A stretch of 64,000 bases of DNA, from the IMG/VR virus record IMGVR_UViG_3300047491_000255, positions 60,819 to 124,818 of that record; one strand, given 5' to 3'. Positions 57,114 through 63,915 of this stretch are shown here, one piece after another (the stretch's first letter is position 1; every line of letters starts with the position of its first letter). Origin of the DNA: a virus (Duplodnaviria > Caudoviricetes). The position numbers were made by a program, and so were the translations under genes. The notes under the pieces are model-generated. The model was not told the DNA's origin and did not search any database. It worked only from the letters and a program-made list of their open reading frames with translations.

Positions 57114-57313
57114 TGCTCGTCTCCGAAGGCCACCACTCGGTTGGAATCAACACAAGCAACCTCGTCATACCGAACAGTCACTGTCACGACCCCGAGACCG
57201 TTCTGATATGCCCACAAGTCCTTGACCGGGTAAACATTCATCGTCTCTTCTTGAGTGTTGTCAGACCACACAACCATCTTCCGCCCATCCTTCAATAAAC
57301 AATATGTGTGCAT
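57110..57313 (-). CDS. hypothetical protein
   Basis: 67 aa, GAGG RBS. Confidence 0.6.
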   Translation of the reverse strand: MHTYCLLKDGRKMVVWSDNTQEETMNVYPVKDLWAYQNGLGVVTVTVRYDEVACVDSNRVVAFGDEQ

Positions 57314-57426
57314 GTTTCCTCACTTCCAGAACTTCGACAGCACCCGGAGATACACCCAACTCGGATGCTCTCCAACCTTCTCGCCGACCTGAGTTGACCG
57401 TTTAAACGAATCCCCTTGAAATTATT

Positions 57427-57648
57427 CTAGCGAAAGCATCCATCGAGTTCCCGCAGTTTCGTTGCGAGCTTTGCCGCTTCAGAGAGCAGTTCCCGCAGCA
57501 TGATTTCGAGCACGGGGTCGTCAACACAGGCCGCTTTGTGTGCCTGTCGGATGTCGATGGCGAGCATGTCAGCGCATTGCGCCGCCTTTGTGATTGCTTC
57601 TTCTTTGTCTTTGGATTTGGCTGTTGTCATGTTGCCTTTCTGGTTCAT
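57427..57648 (-). CDS. hypothetical protein
   Basis: 73-aa helical ORF. Confidence 0.55.
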   Translation of the reverse strand: MNQKGNMTTAKSKDKEEAITKAAQCADMLAIDIRQAHKAACVDDPVLEIMLRELLSEAAKLATKLRELDGCFR

Positions 57649-57668
57649 TCAGCGCCGAACCATGCGCT

Positions 57669-57883
57669 TCAGTGAGCGGTTGTGCCGTGACGGTAATCCC
57701 ACGCAGAAACCTGAGCAGGGACGCCGACGATCCAATGATATTCCTGCCCGTCATAGAGGTAGCAGAGTGTGGTATGCTTCACCCGGTAGTTTCCGTTGTA
57801 GAACTCAGGGACGGCCCCACAGAACGGGCACGCCAACAAGCCCGTCGAGGGCACGGCTCGATCCGCGTCGTTGCCCATGTCAT
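57669..57883 (-). CDS. Lar-like CPFCG Zn-finger protein
   Basis: GLLACPFCG...H...C...AW. Start lies inside the attC-like site; exact start uncertain. Confidence 0.5.
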
Positions 57884-57925
57884 GCCTCGCTTTCTCGCCG
57901 AGACCCCTCACGGGCGGCGTTCGGC
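57831..57925 (+). repeat. attC-like site
   Basis: CGCCAAC-AAGCC-CGTCGAGGG...CCCTCACG-GGCGGC-GTTCGGC. Confidence 0.75.
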
Positions 57926-58128
57926 AATGACGGAGGCACAAGCGGACCGACGAACAGGCCAACCTTGTCTGTCTGTGGCCCCTCAAGCATTACGGACCAG
58001 TACCTACCGTCCGTCTTGCCTTCATCGAGAAAGCATTTCGGAAGCCACCACCAGTACCCTTGTCGTGTTGGCCTTACCAGAGGTCCGACCGTATCCTCAT
58101 TCCGCTTCGCTTCATTCGTCACTGTCAA
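57880..58128 (-). CDS. hypothetical cassette protein
   Basis: 82 aa, AGGAGG RBS, PTRQGYWWW motif. Confidence 0.65.
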   Translation of the reverse strand: MTVTNEAKRNEDTVGPLVRPTRQGYWWWLPKCFLDEGKTDGRYWSVMLEGPQTDKVGLFVGPLVPPSLPNAAREGSRRESEA

Positions 58129-58147
58129 CCTCCTTGTTTACACCCAT

Positions 58148-58172
58148 ACATTACCGAAAGACGATTGAAATA
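58148..58172 (-). promoter_or_regulatory. phage promoter motif TATTT-N11-CGGTAATGT
   Basis: Repeated bipartite motif. Confidence 0.75.
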
Positions 58173-58176
58173 AGGA

Positions 58177-58773
58177 TTATTTCTTCTTTTGTTTTGTCAC
58201 AAACAGGAATAGATCATGTGAATCCTTCCTGAGCTTCTCCAAGTCCATGGGCACAACCTTCCTGTCCAGCCATGCCTTCGGCGTCTTATAGCCATCAAGA
58301 TTGAACCAGTGATCGAATTTGAGACTCCGAACGACATAAGGACTGTGCGTGATGACCAGACACCCCAGAGTCCCCTTGATCCTCTCCCGGAGATGCTCAT
58401 TCACCCACGTCACGACACCCATGATGGTTTCCTCAGAGCACCCCACCTCGATCTCGTCCAGAACCAGATAGCTGCCATAGACGGCATTGGATGCACAATT
58501 GAGAAAGTTGATCGTATTGACGCTAGTAGGGTCCCAGTCCGTATCTCTGGTAAAGATGCTCGCAACCCCATGATCCTGTGTTCTCAGACTCATCGAAATA
58601 TGAACCACCCTCTTGCCGAGCTTCTCCACCTCTTTTCGAAAGTTGAGTTGCTGTCGGATCAAGCTCTTTCCAGAGCCATTGCTACCCGTCAGCATGGATA
58701 TGGAGCCGTCCATCGGAATCTTCGAGTAGATGCTCACGATCCGGTCAAATTGTTTTTCAACAGTTACATTCAT
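58177..58773 (-). CDS. ABC-type ATPase
   Basis: GSNGSGKS, LVLDEIEVG, VITHS. Confidence 0.85.
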   Translation of the reverse strand: MNVTVEKQFDRIVSIYSKIPMDGSISMLTGSNGSGKSLIRQQLNFRKEVEKLGKRVVHISMSLRTQDHGVASIFTRDTDWDPTSVNTINFLNCASNAVYGSYLVLDEIEVGCSEETIMGVVTWVNEHLRERIKGTLGCLVITHSPYVVRSLKFDHWFNLDGYKTPKAWLDRKVVPMDLEKLRKDSHDLFLFVTKQKKK

Positions 58774-58779
58774 GTTTAT

Positions 58780-58804
58780 ACATTACCCAATCGGATTCAG
58801 AATC
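58780..58804 (-). promoter_or_regulatory. phage promoter motif variant GATTC-N11-GGGTAATGT
   Basis: Same spacing, two mismatches. Confidence 0.6.
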
Positions 58805-59003
58805 ATTTTCTTTTGTCGCAAACTCAGAGCACTTCGCCCCAGACAACCTATCATCTTTGCAGTTAGGACTGCCAAAGACCCGATTTCATCTGCCAAGGGA
58901 ATTCTCCAATTTGGCACAGGCTTTAACAGATCGCTCGCACTGGTGGCAACACGTATCTTCACAACCGATCTTCATCTTGATCCTTTCATACTCTTTTAAA
59001 AAA

Positions 59004-59141
59004 TGGCGTTCGATTCGGGCTTTTACCGCTTTCTTCCCACGAGTCTCGCACTACAACTCGTGAGCTTTCTGTGCCCCCTTGGCAGACGATATGAGATTGC
59101 ACTTGGCTCTCCACCATATCGGGGTAGCCATCCCCGGCACA
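59004..59141 (-). ncRNA. putative structured RNA downstream of tRNA-Ser(GCT)
   Basis: TGTGCC/GGCACA, GGGG/CCCC, GATATG/CATATC and CACGAG/CTCGTG helices. Ends CCA-TTTTT. Confidence 0.4.
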
Positions 59142-59144
59142 TTT

Positions 59145-59230
59145 TGGCGGAAGCGAGAGGGGTCGAACCTCCATATCCTTTCGGACGACGGTTTAGCAAA
59201 CCGTACCCTTACCATTCGGGACACGCTTCC
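59145..59230 (-). tRNA. tRNA-Ser(GCT)
   Basis: ACGGT-TTGCTAA-ACCGT, long variable arm, G73-CCA. Confidence 0.93.
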
Positions 59231-59236
59231 AGAAAT

Positions 59237-59539
59237 CTACAAGAATCCAACCACCTTCATTTTCTGAGCGAGCAACCAGACACCTCCCTGAGACGCTGGT
59301 CTCTTCAACTCAACAAAGTCTTCCACCTCTACTCTCATCCACACTCGACCCTTCATCGAAAGGTGTGGAGCACATGCAGTCAGGGTGACATGCCATCCCG
59401 GACGATGAGCATAGCCCTTCCGATGATGATCCTCTGCATCCATCCAGACTCCTAGTTGGATGACCTGCTTACGATTGATGAATAATGGTCCAATCGTTCC
59501 ATTACGCCGCATCCTCAACAACTTGAACGCTTTGACCAT
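59237..59539 (-). CDS. hypothetical phage protein
   Basis: AHRPGWH...PHL...SQGG.W motif, AGGAGG RBS. Confidence 0.75.
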   Translation of the reverse strand: MVKAFKLLRMRRNGTIGPLFINRKQVIQLGVWMDAEDHHRKGYAHRPGWHVTLTACAPHLSMKGRVWMRVEVEDFVELKRPASQGGVWLLAQKMKVVGFL

Positions 59540-59719
59540 TAATCCTCCTTGAACGTTGTTGTCTTGAACTTTCCTAAGTATTCAGTCAATTTCAACAACC
59601 AAATCGTAGTCTTGACTATCCGTCAAATGGACACATACCGTATGCCCTTGCGATGTAAACCACCCTATCGCCAGACCAACATCACCCTGCTTCTTCGTAT
59701 TCTTGTGACCAGTCAACAT
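59540..59719 (-). pseudogene. PD-(D/E)XK endonuclease remnant
   Basis: MLTGHKNTKKQGDVG...DSQDYDLVVEID*ILRKVQ, then a frameshift into KTT. In-frame TGA at 59582-59584. Confidence 0.6.
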
Positions 59720-59743
59720 ATTCTACCTCCCTTCCTGTCAAAA

Positions 59744-59831
59744 TGGTGTGAGCAGAGGGAATTAAACCCACTCGGATCCAAAGATGCGAGATTTACAGTC
59801 TCGCCCGCCTATCTTAGCGGTCTATGCTCAC
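59744..59831 (-). tRNA. tRNA-Tyr(GTA), atypical
   Basis: CGAGA-CTGTAAA-TCTCG, T-loop TTTAATT, CCA. Confidence 0.8.
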
Positions 59832-59888
59832 ATAAAGATACAGACTCCTGCCTTCGCCTCTAGGCATACCGACCCTTAAACAGATTTC

Positions 59889-59965
59889 TGGAGAGGAGTA
59901 TCGGACTCGAACCGATGAAATGCGGGTTTGCAATCCGCCGCCTTGACCAACTCAGCCAACTCCTC
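59889..59965 (-). tRNA. tRNA-Cys(GCA)
   Basis: GCGGA-TTGCAAA-CCCGC, U73-CCA. Confidence 0.92.
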
Positions 59966-60058
59966 AAAGATTCTTACTTCGCCCGACACCGAGCATTCTG
60001 CTTGGCAGTCGCAGAACCGATGTTACCAGAACTCCTCTTCGTCCTAGTGCATCCGTTC

Positions 60059-60445
60059 TTAATCTTCGTCGATTTTCGATGAACTTGCTCGTTTCGGAAT
60101 CCCTTCATTCAACTTCTTCCGGATCTTGAAATATTTCTTCGTCCATTCCGGGTCTTTGGGATCGAACCCCCATCCACTGATCTTGCACTGCTGTAAAACG
60201 CAAAGCTGCCTGAAGTGTGGAGGCACGATACACTTGCCGTCAACCACGAATGTCTTCCCGAATGGCATCTTCGGAAATGGATAACCTGCCTCAGTCATCG
60301 CATCTGCGGCAATCTGACAATATTCCGTCGAGCAGCATTGCCCAACCTGACGACAGACATCCTGACACTTTGCATTTGTCAGGTCTGCCATCTCCTGCCA
60401 CAGAGCCTCTTGTTCTTTTGTCATACTTGCTTTCTCCACTTCCAC
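60059..60445 (-). CDS. Cys-rich hypothetical protein
   Basis: C..VC...GQCC...C motifs. Confidence 0.65.
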   Translation of the reverse strand: MEVEKASMTKEQEALWQEMADLTNAKCQDVCRQVGQCCSTEYCQIAADAMTEAGYPFPKMPFGKTFVVDGKCIVPPHFRQLCVLQQCKISGWGFDPKDPEWTKKYFKIRKKLNEGIPKRASSSKIDED

Positions 60446-60969
60446 AAAAACCTGCGCCTGTAACTACCACTCCCGAAAGTAACATCCATCTTCATGTCCA
60501 GATCGTATCCAGCCTTCCGAATACCATCCTCGATCTCTGTCGTCCTCGCCTTCTCGCAAATCTCCTGAGCCGCCTCAAAGAGAACCACCCTTGGATGATG
60601 CTCCCCGATAATCCGCATGAACGTCTTGATGTCCGTACAGGATTCCGGGTTTGGCCCCCAATGAATCACCGCTCCACAAGCCCCAATGAACATCAGGACA
60701 TCCACCCGATCCACCCTTACGTCCTTGTCATCCTTCAACTCAAAGAGTGCCTTCCGTCCGAGTCTCTTTGCCTGCAACTCCTCTATGAAGTCCGGCTGAA
60801 CATCATTCCCGTAATAGAAAGCGTACCCTTCAAGGTATTCAAACACCGGAGCCTTGCCGCAGTTGAGATCAAGAACATGAGCACCTAATGCGTCATTCCC
60901 GATGACAGCCGCATAGAGTCTGCCCCTGCCGTCACTGAGTTCATTGAGATGTTTCCAGTAATCTGTCAT
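60421..60969 (-). CDS. class I SAM methyltransferase-like protein
   Basis: VLDLNCGKAP motif I. Confidence 0.65.
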   Translation of the reverse strand: MTDYWKHLNELSDGRGRLYAAVIGNDALGAHVLDLNCGKAPVFEYLEGYAFYYGNDVQPDFIEELQAKRLGRKALFELKDDKDVRVDRVDVLMFIGACGAVIHWGPNPESCTDIKTFMRIIGEHHPRVVLFEAAQEICEKARTTEIEDGIRKAGYDLDMKMDVTFGSGSYRRRFLWKWRKQV

Positions 60970-61517
60970 ACCACACACTCGAACCAATGAAGCGTCCTGA
61001 CACCCTTGAAATGAGGGAAGACTCCATGAACCACATTTCGGAACGTCCGGTTCAACGATCCCAAGAACTTCGCCTCTGAGAAGTAGTATTGTCGGTACTG
61101 CCCCGTCGGATCGAAATGACTTCCATCCTCCCTCTCGTAATCGCATGGATCAGCACTCACCCACACAACGATGTACACGACGCCCCCATCCTTCGTCACC
61201 CGGACATACTCATCTAGTGCTACCTGATAGTCGAACATATGATCGATGGTGCTCAGATCAACCAGCATGTCGAATATCTTGTTCTCGTAAGGCATCGCCC
61301 TTATATCCCCGACTGTTGCAACAAGACCAGGAAACTTGGATTGAGCCCTCCGAACACAATCGGAATCAATCTCAACACACTCCGCTCCAATGACATTGGC
61401 GATAGGCGTATCCCCATCAGCTTCGTTCCAGCAATCGGTTTTCAGGATTCTCTTGGGTTGATACCTACGAACCAAATCCTGAACTGCTGTCAGGTAATCT
61501 TCATGTATATGAGGCAT
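60966..61517 (-). CDS. class I SAM methyltransferase
   Basis: GDIRAMPY...FD...STIDH...EYVRVTKDGG. Confidence 0.8.
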   Translation of the reverse strand: MPHIHEDYLTAVQDLVRRYQPKRILKTDCWNEADGDTPIANVIGAECVEIDSDCVRRAQSKFPGLVATVGDIRAMPYENKIFDMLVDLSTIDHMFDYQVALDEYVRVTKDGGVVYIVVWVSADPCDYEREDGSHFDPTGQYRQYYFSEAKFLGSLNRTFRNVVHGVFPHFKGVRTLHWFECVV

Positions 61518-61537
61518 AGCCTCTTCCTTTCCTTTTT

Positions 61538-61613
61538 TGGCTGCTGGGACAGGACTCGAACCTGCAACGTCTTGATTAACAGTCAAGCGAACTACCAGTT
61601 GTTCTACCCAGCA
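61538..61613 (-). tRNA. tRNA-Asn(GTT)
   Basis: CTTGA-CTGTTAA-TCAAG, G73-CCA. Confidence 0.95.
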
Positions 61614-61770
61614 ATCTTCTCATCATCCCACACGAAAATCGCACTACCGACATTCGCACCCGTAGGTCCGTAACGATTCTTCACGATCACTCCATCCACA
61701 ATCACGACGTTGTAATTGAGCACCTTCCTCAGATTCAACTCATTCTGCGTCGTATGCCAAACTTCCCGAC

Positions 61771-61864
61771 TGGCGGAAGGAGAGGGATTTGAACCCCCGG
61801 TCGCTTTTTCGAACGACTCTCGATCTCGAATCGAGTGCGATAAACCAAACTCTGCCATCCTTCC
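61771..61864 (-). tRNA. tRNA-Ser(CGA)
   Basis: CTCGA-TTCGAGA-TCGAG, long variable arm, G73-CCA. Confidence 0.93.
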
Positions 61865-62244
61865 TATACCTCGCTCTCTTTCGGCTCCCTGAAGTTGTCA
61901 TCGTGATAACCCCAATGAACCCTTCCCTTTCGATCCACCACCGCCACATGTCCCGGCATCTGCTTGATCTCTCCCAGATACAGGAGCGACTCTCCCGCCT
62001 TCCACGGATACCGCCACTTCTTCTCCGTTGCCTTCCCGATCACAAGCTGCATCGGCTTGAAAGTCGCCTGCGGCTTTTTCCGGCATATCATCCCGCGAAT
62101 CGCATCCTCGTACTTCCGATGAATCGCACAATGTCCCCGCTCCCAACGATTCACTGTCGCAAACGCCACATTCAAAGCCTTGGCGAACTGATTCTGTGTC
62201 AGCCCGACAGATTCCCGAATCATCTTGAGTTCATGCCGCGTCAT
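61864..62244 (-). CDS. XRE-family HTH protein
   Basis: IRESVGLTQNQFAKALNVAFATVNRWERG. Confidence 0.85.
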   Translation of the reverse strand: MTRHELKMIRESVGLTQNQFAKALNVAFATVNRWERGHCAIHRKYEDAIRGMICRKKPQATFKPMQLVIGKATEKKWRYPWKAGESLLYLGEIKQMPGHVAVVDRKGRVHWGYHDDNFREPKESEV

Positions 62245-62540
62245 ACCTTCTCCTCAAAATGCGAACCAAAGATGTCAATCCCTCCCGGCACAAAGGCCAG
62301 AACCGCAACCGCATGAGCCGTCCGATTGAACTGATCGGCACATTCGCCCTTCTTGCCGCCGCCGAACAACAGGATGTCTCCACGCTCTCCGAGGATTTGA
62401 GATGTCTCCTGAGCCTTCTTCCGATCCTCTGCATCTGGTCCACCCTTAGCCTTGATCCTCTCAATCCAGAGCGGAATCGCCAATTGAAGCGCATTGCCGA
62501 GATTGGTCCCCGAAGAAGCTGATTCAGTTTTCTTTTCCAT
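62241..62540 (-). CDS. hypothetical phage protein
   Basis: 99 aa, LAFVPGGIDIFG. Confidence 0.7.
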   Translation of the reverse strand: MEKKTESASSGTNLGNALQLAIPLWIERIKAKGGPDAEDRKKAQETSQILGERGDILLFGGGKKGECADQFNRTAHAVAVLAFVPGGIDIFGSHFEEKV

Positions 62541-62546
62541 AACTCC

Positions 62547-62571
62547 ACATTACCGATCCTGTCCGATAATA
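62547..62571 (-). promoter_or_regulatory. phage promoter motif TATTA-N11-CGGTAATGT
   Basis: Repeated bipartite motif. Confidence 0.7.
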
Positions 62572-62586
62572 CGAAAAAAGAATTTT

Positions 62587-62671
62587 TGGTGCCAGAGAAG
62601 GGATTCGAACCCTCAATCCTTTCGGCAACGGTTTTTAAGACCGTTTTGTATTCCAATTCCAACACCCTGGC
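62587..62671 (-). tRNA. tRNA-Leu(TAA)
   Basis: ACGGT-CTTAAAA-ACCGT, CCA. Confidence 0.93.
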
Positions 62672-62789
62672 ATTAAAATCTGATTTCACACCACATTTTT
62701 ACTTGATTCCAGAGCTCCCCAATACCATCATGCCAGTCGCCTTATCATTGATAAAATCGCAGCAGTAGATACCGGCGGGGATTACATTC

Positions 62790-63011
62790 TCACCTGCATA
62801 CTCCTTCATCCACCGCATCTTCTCCTGGTCGTTGTGCAGTCCCCTTGGACCGACCACTTGACAGATCACTCGCCTCTTCGTCGGCTATCTCATCCTTTGA
62901 TGCCCGACGCTCAGCCTTGGCTGCGCTGCGCTTGGCAACTGGACGCAGATGCTTCCACCACGAAGCATACCGAATCCTTCCAACCAACGTATCTTTACGA
63001 ACATGTGCCAT
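62790..63011 (-). CDS. small basic hypothetical protein
   Basis: GAGG RBS, WWKHLRP...KAERR. Confidence 0.6.
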   Translation of the reverse strand: MAHVRKDTLVGRIRYASWWKHLRPVAKRSAAKAERRASKDEIADEEASDLSSGRSKGTAQRPGEDAVDEGVCR

Positions 63012-63095
63012 TTTCTAAATCCTCTCTACCCACGATGAGTGAGCTTCTACTACAATGACTGACAGAATACGAAAAACAGACCTTACATTTTTTTT

Positions 63096-63172
63096 TGGTG
63101 GGCGGTGAGAGACTCGAACTCCCAACATTCTGGGTGTAGACCAGATGCTCTAGCCAATTGAGCTAACCGCCC
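63096..63172 (-). tRNA. tRNA-Val(TAC), C33 variant
   Basis: TCTGG-TCTACAC-CCAGA, canonical D and T arms, A73-CCA. Confidence 0.9.
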
Positions 63173-63200
63173 ATGGGTGAGTGACCCGTGTCACCCACCT

Positions 63201-63230
63201 GAAACTTCAATATTCAGTTTTCAATGAACT
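63201..63230 (-). promoter_or_regulatory. boxA-like motif AGTTCATTGAAAACTGAATA and 5' arm of long-range helix
   Basis: rRNA-spacer-like sequence. 63201-63219 is complementary to 52562-52580. Confidence 0.55.
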
Positions 63231-63272
63231 CGGACAAATATCCAGACGAAATGTCCGGATTAACGTCCTCAT

Positions 63273-63360
63273 TGGCGGAAGGAGAGGGATTTGAACCCCC
63301 GACCCCTTTCGGGGTTTCGGTTTTCAAGACCGATGCTATAAGCCGCTCTGCCATCCTTCC
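63273..63360 (-). tRNA. tRNA-Ser(TGA)
   Basis: TCGGT-CTTGAAA-ACCGA, long variable arm, G73-CCA. Confidence 0.95.
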
Positions 63361-63364
63361 ATAC

Positions 63365-63455
63365 GACGGGCGCATTCAACCGTGCTCTGCCACTCGTCCC
63401 GAAGGACAAGGAGGGATTTGAACCCCCGAGGCCACCCGAAGGTGCCCTACCCGTC
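63365..63455 (-). ncRNA. circularly permuted tRNA-Ser-like RNA (acceptor stem closed by UUCG, no anticodon loop)
   Basis: Order 5'-GACGGG, variable arm, GGGGG-TTCAAAT-CCCTC, CTTGTCC-TTCG-GGACGAG, D-arm, CCCGTC-3'. Confidence 0.85.
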
Positions 63456-63457
63456 TC

Positions 63458-63544
63458 TGGTGCTCGAAAGAGGACTTGAACCTCCAAGGGATTTCTCCCC
63501 ACCAGTACCTGAAACTGGCGTGTCTGCCATTCCACCATTCGAGC
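63458..63544 (-). tRNA. tRNA-Leu(CAG)
   Basis: CCAGT-TTCAGGT-ACTGG, CCA. Confidence 0.95.
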
Positions 63545-63562
63545 GTCATCTCTATTATACTC

Positions 63563-63638
63563 TGGTGGGCACTCTCGGGATCGAACCGAGTTCTCAGGTT
63601 TTTCAAACCAGTGTAATTACCAAACCTACGCAATGCCC
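63563..63638 (-). tRNA. tRNA-Phe(GAA), atypical D-arm and U.U in anticodon stem
   Basis: CTGGT-TTGAAAA-ACCTG, T-arm TTCGATC, CCA. Confidence 0.85.
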
Positions 63639-63642
63639 GTAT

Positions 63643-63680
63643 AAACAAAAAGCCCCGTCTCCTTTTCCGGGAGAGGGGCT
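63643..63680 (-). terminator. intrinsic terminator (attenuator) upstream of the first tRNA
   Basis: AGCCCCTCTCC-CGGAAAA-GGAGACGGGGCT followed by TTTTGTTT. Confidence 0.85.
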
Positions 63681-63708
63681 TCTTTTTCGACTCATCCTGT
63701 GAATCAGA

Positions 63709-63786
63709 TCAGAGCAGACCCCTCCAGTAATTGCTATTGGAATAGCAACTTACATTAAAGAGACTGACTGACAATAACTGCTTCAC
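63709..63786 (-). CDS. attenuator leader peptide MKQLLSVSLFNVSCYSNSNYWRGLL
   Basis: AGGAG RBS 8 nt before GTG. Codons 4-20 are only Leu/Ser/Val/Phe/Asn/Cys/Tyr. Overlaps the antiterminator strand GGAGGGG. Confidence 0.75.
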   Translation of the reverse strand: MKQLLSVSLFNVSCYSNSNYWRGLL

Positions 63787-63829
63787 TTCATCTACTCCTG
63801 TTTTTCAAACCAATTCACGCAACACAGAT

Positions 63830-63859
63830 ACTATACTCCATAACCCCGAATCACGTCAA
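63830..63859 (-). promoter_or_regulatory. sigma70-like promoter TTGACG-N18-TATAGT
   Basis: Near-consensus hexamers ~45 nt upstream of the leader ORF. Confidence 0.7.
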
Positions 63860-63890
63860 CGCTTTTCTCAAACTTTTTTCTTACGTCCAT

Positions 63891-63915
63891 ACATTACCGA
63901 TTCTTGGCTTGAATA
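63891..63915 (-). promoter_or_regulatory. phage promoter motif TATTC-N11-CGGTAATGT
   Basis: Repeated bipartite motif, in tandem with the sigma70 promoter. Confidence 0.75.

Noticed and set aside
63096-63172. Amber suppressor tRNA (CTA inside the anticodon loop) or alternative genetic code
   Set aside because: The 7-nt loop TCTACAC places TAC at 34-36 and the body is Val-like. Long genes translate intact in code 11 and end in TAA, TGA and TAG.
61604-63702. Listed ORFs overlapping tRNAs (e.g. 61604-61858, 62231-62689, 63269-63538, 63376-63648)
   Set aside because: They are read through tRNA genes and are spurious or need shorter starts.
63783-63791. ATG-AAG-TGA mini-ORF as the true leader
   Set aside because: It is only 3 nt from the AGGAG. 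The overlapping GTG has 8-nt spacing and gives the codon-biased leader.
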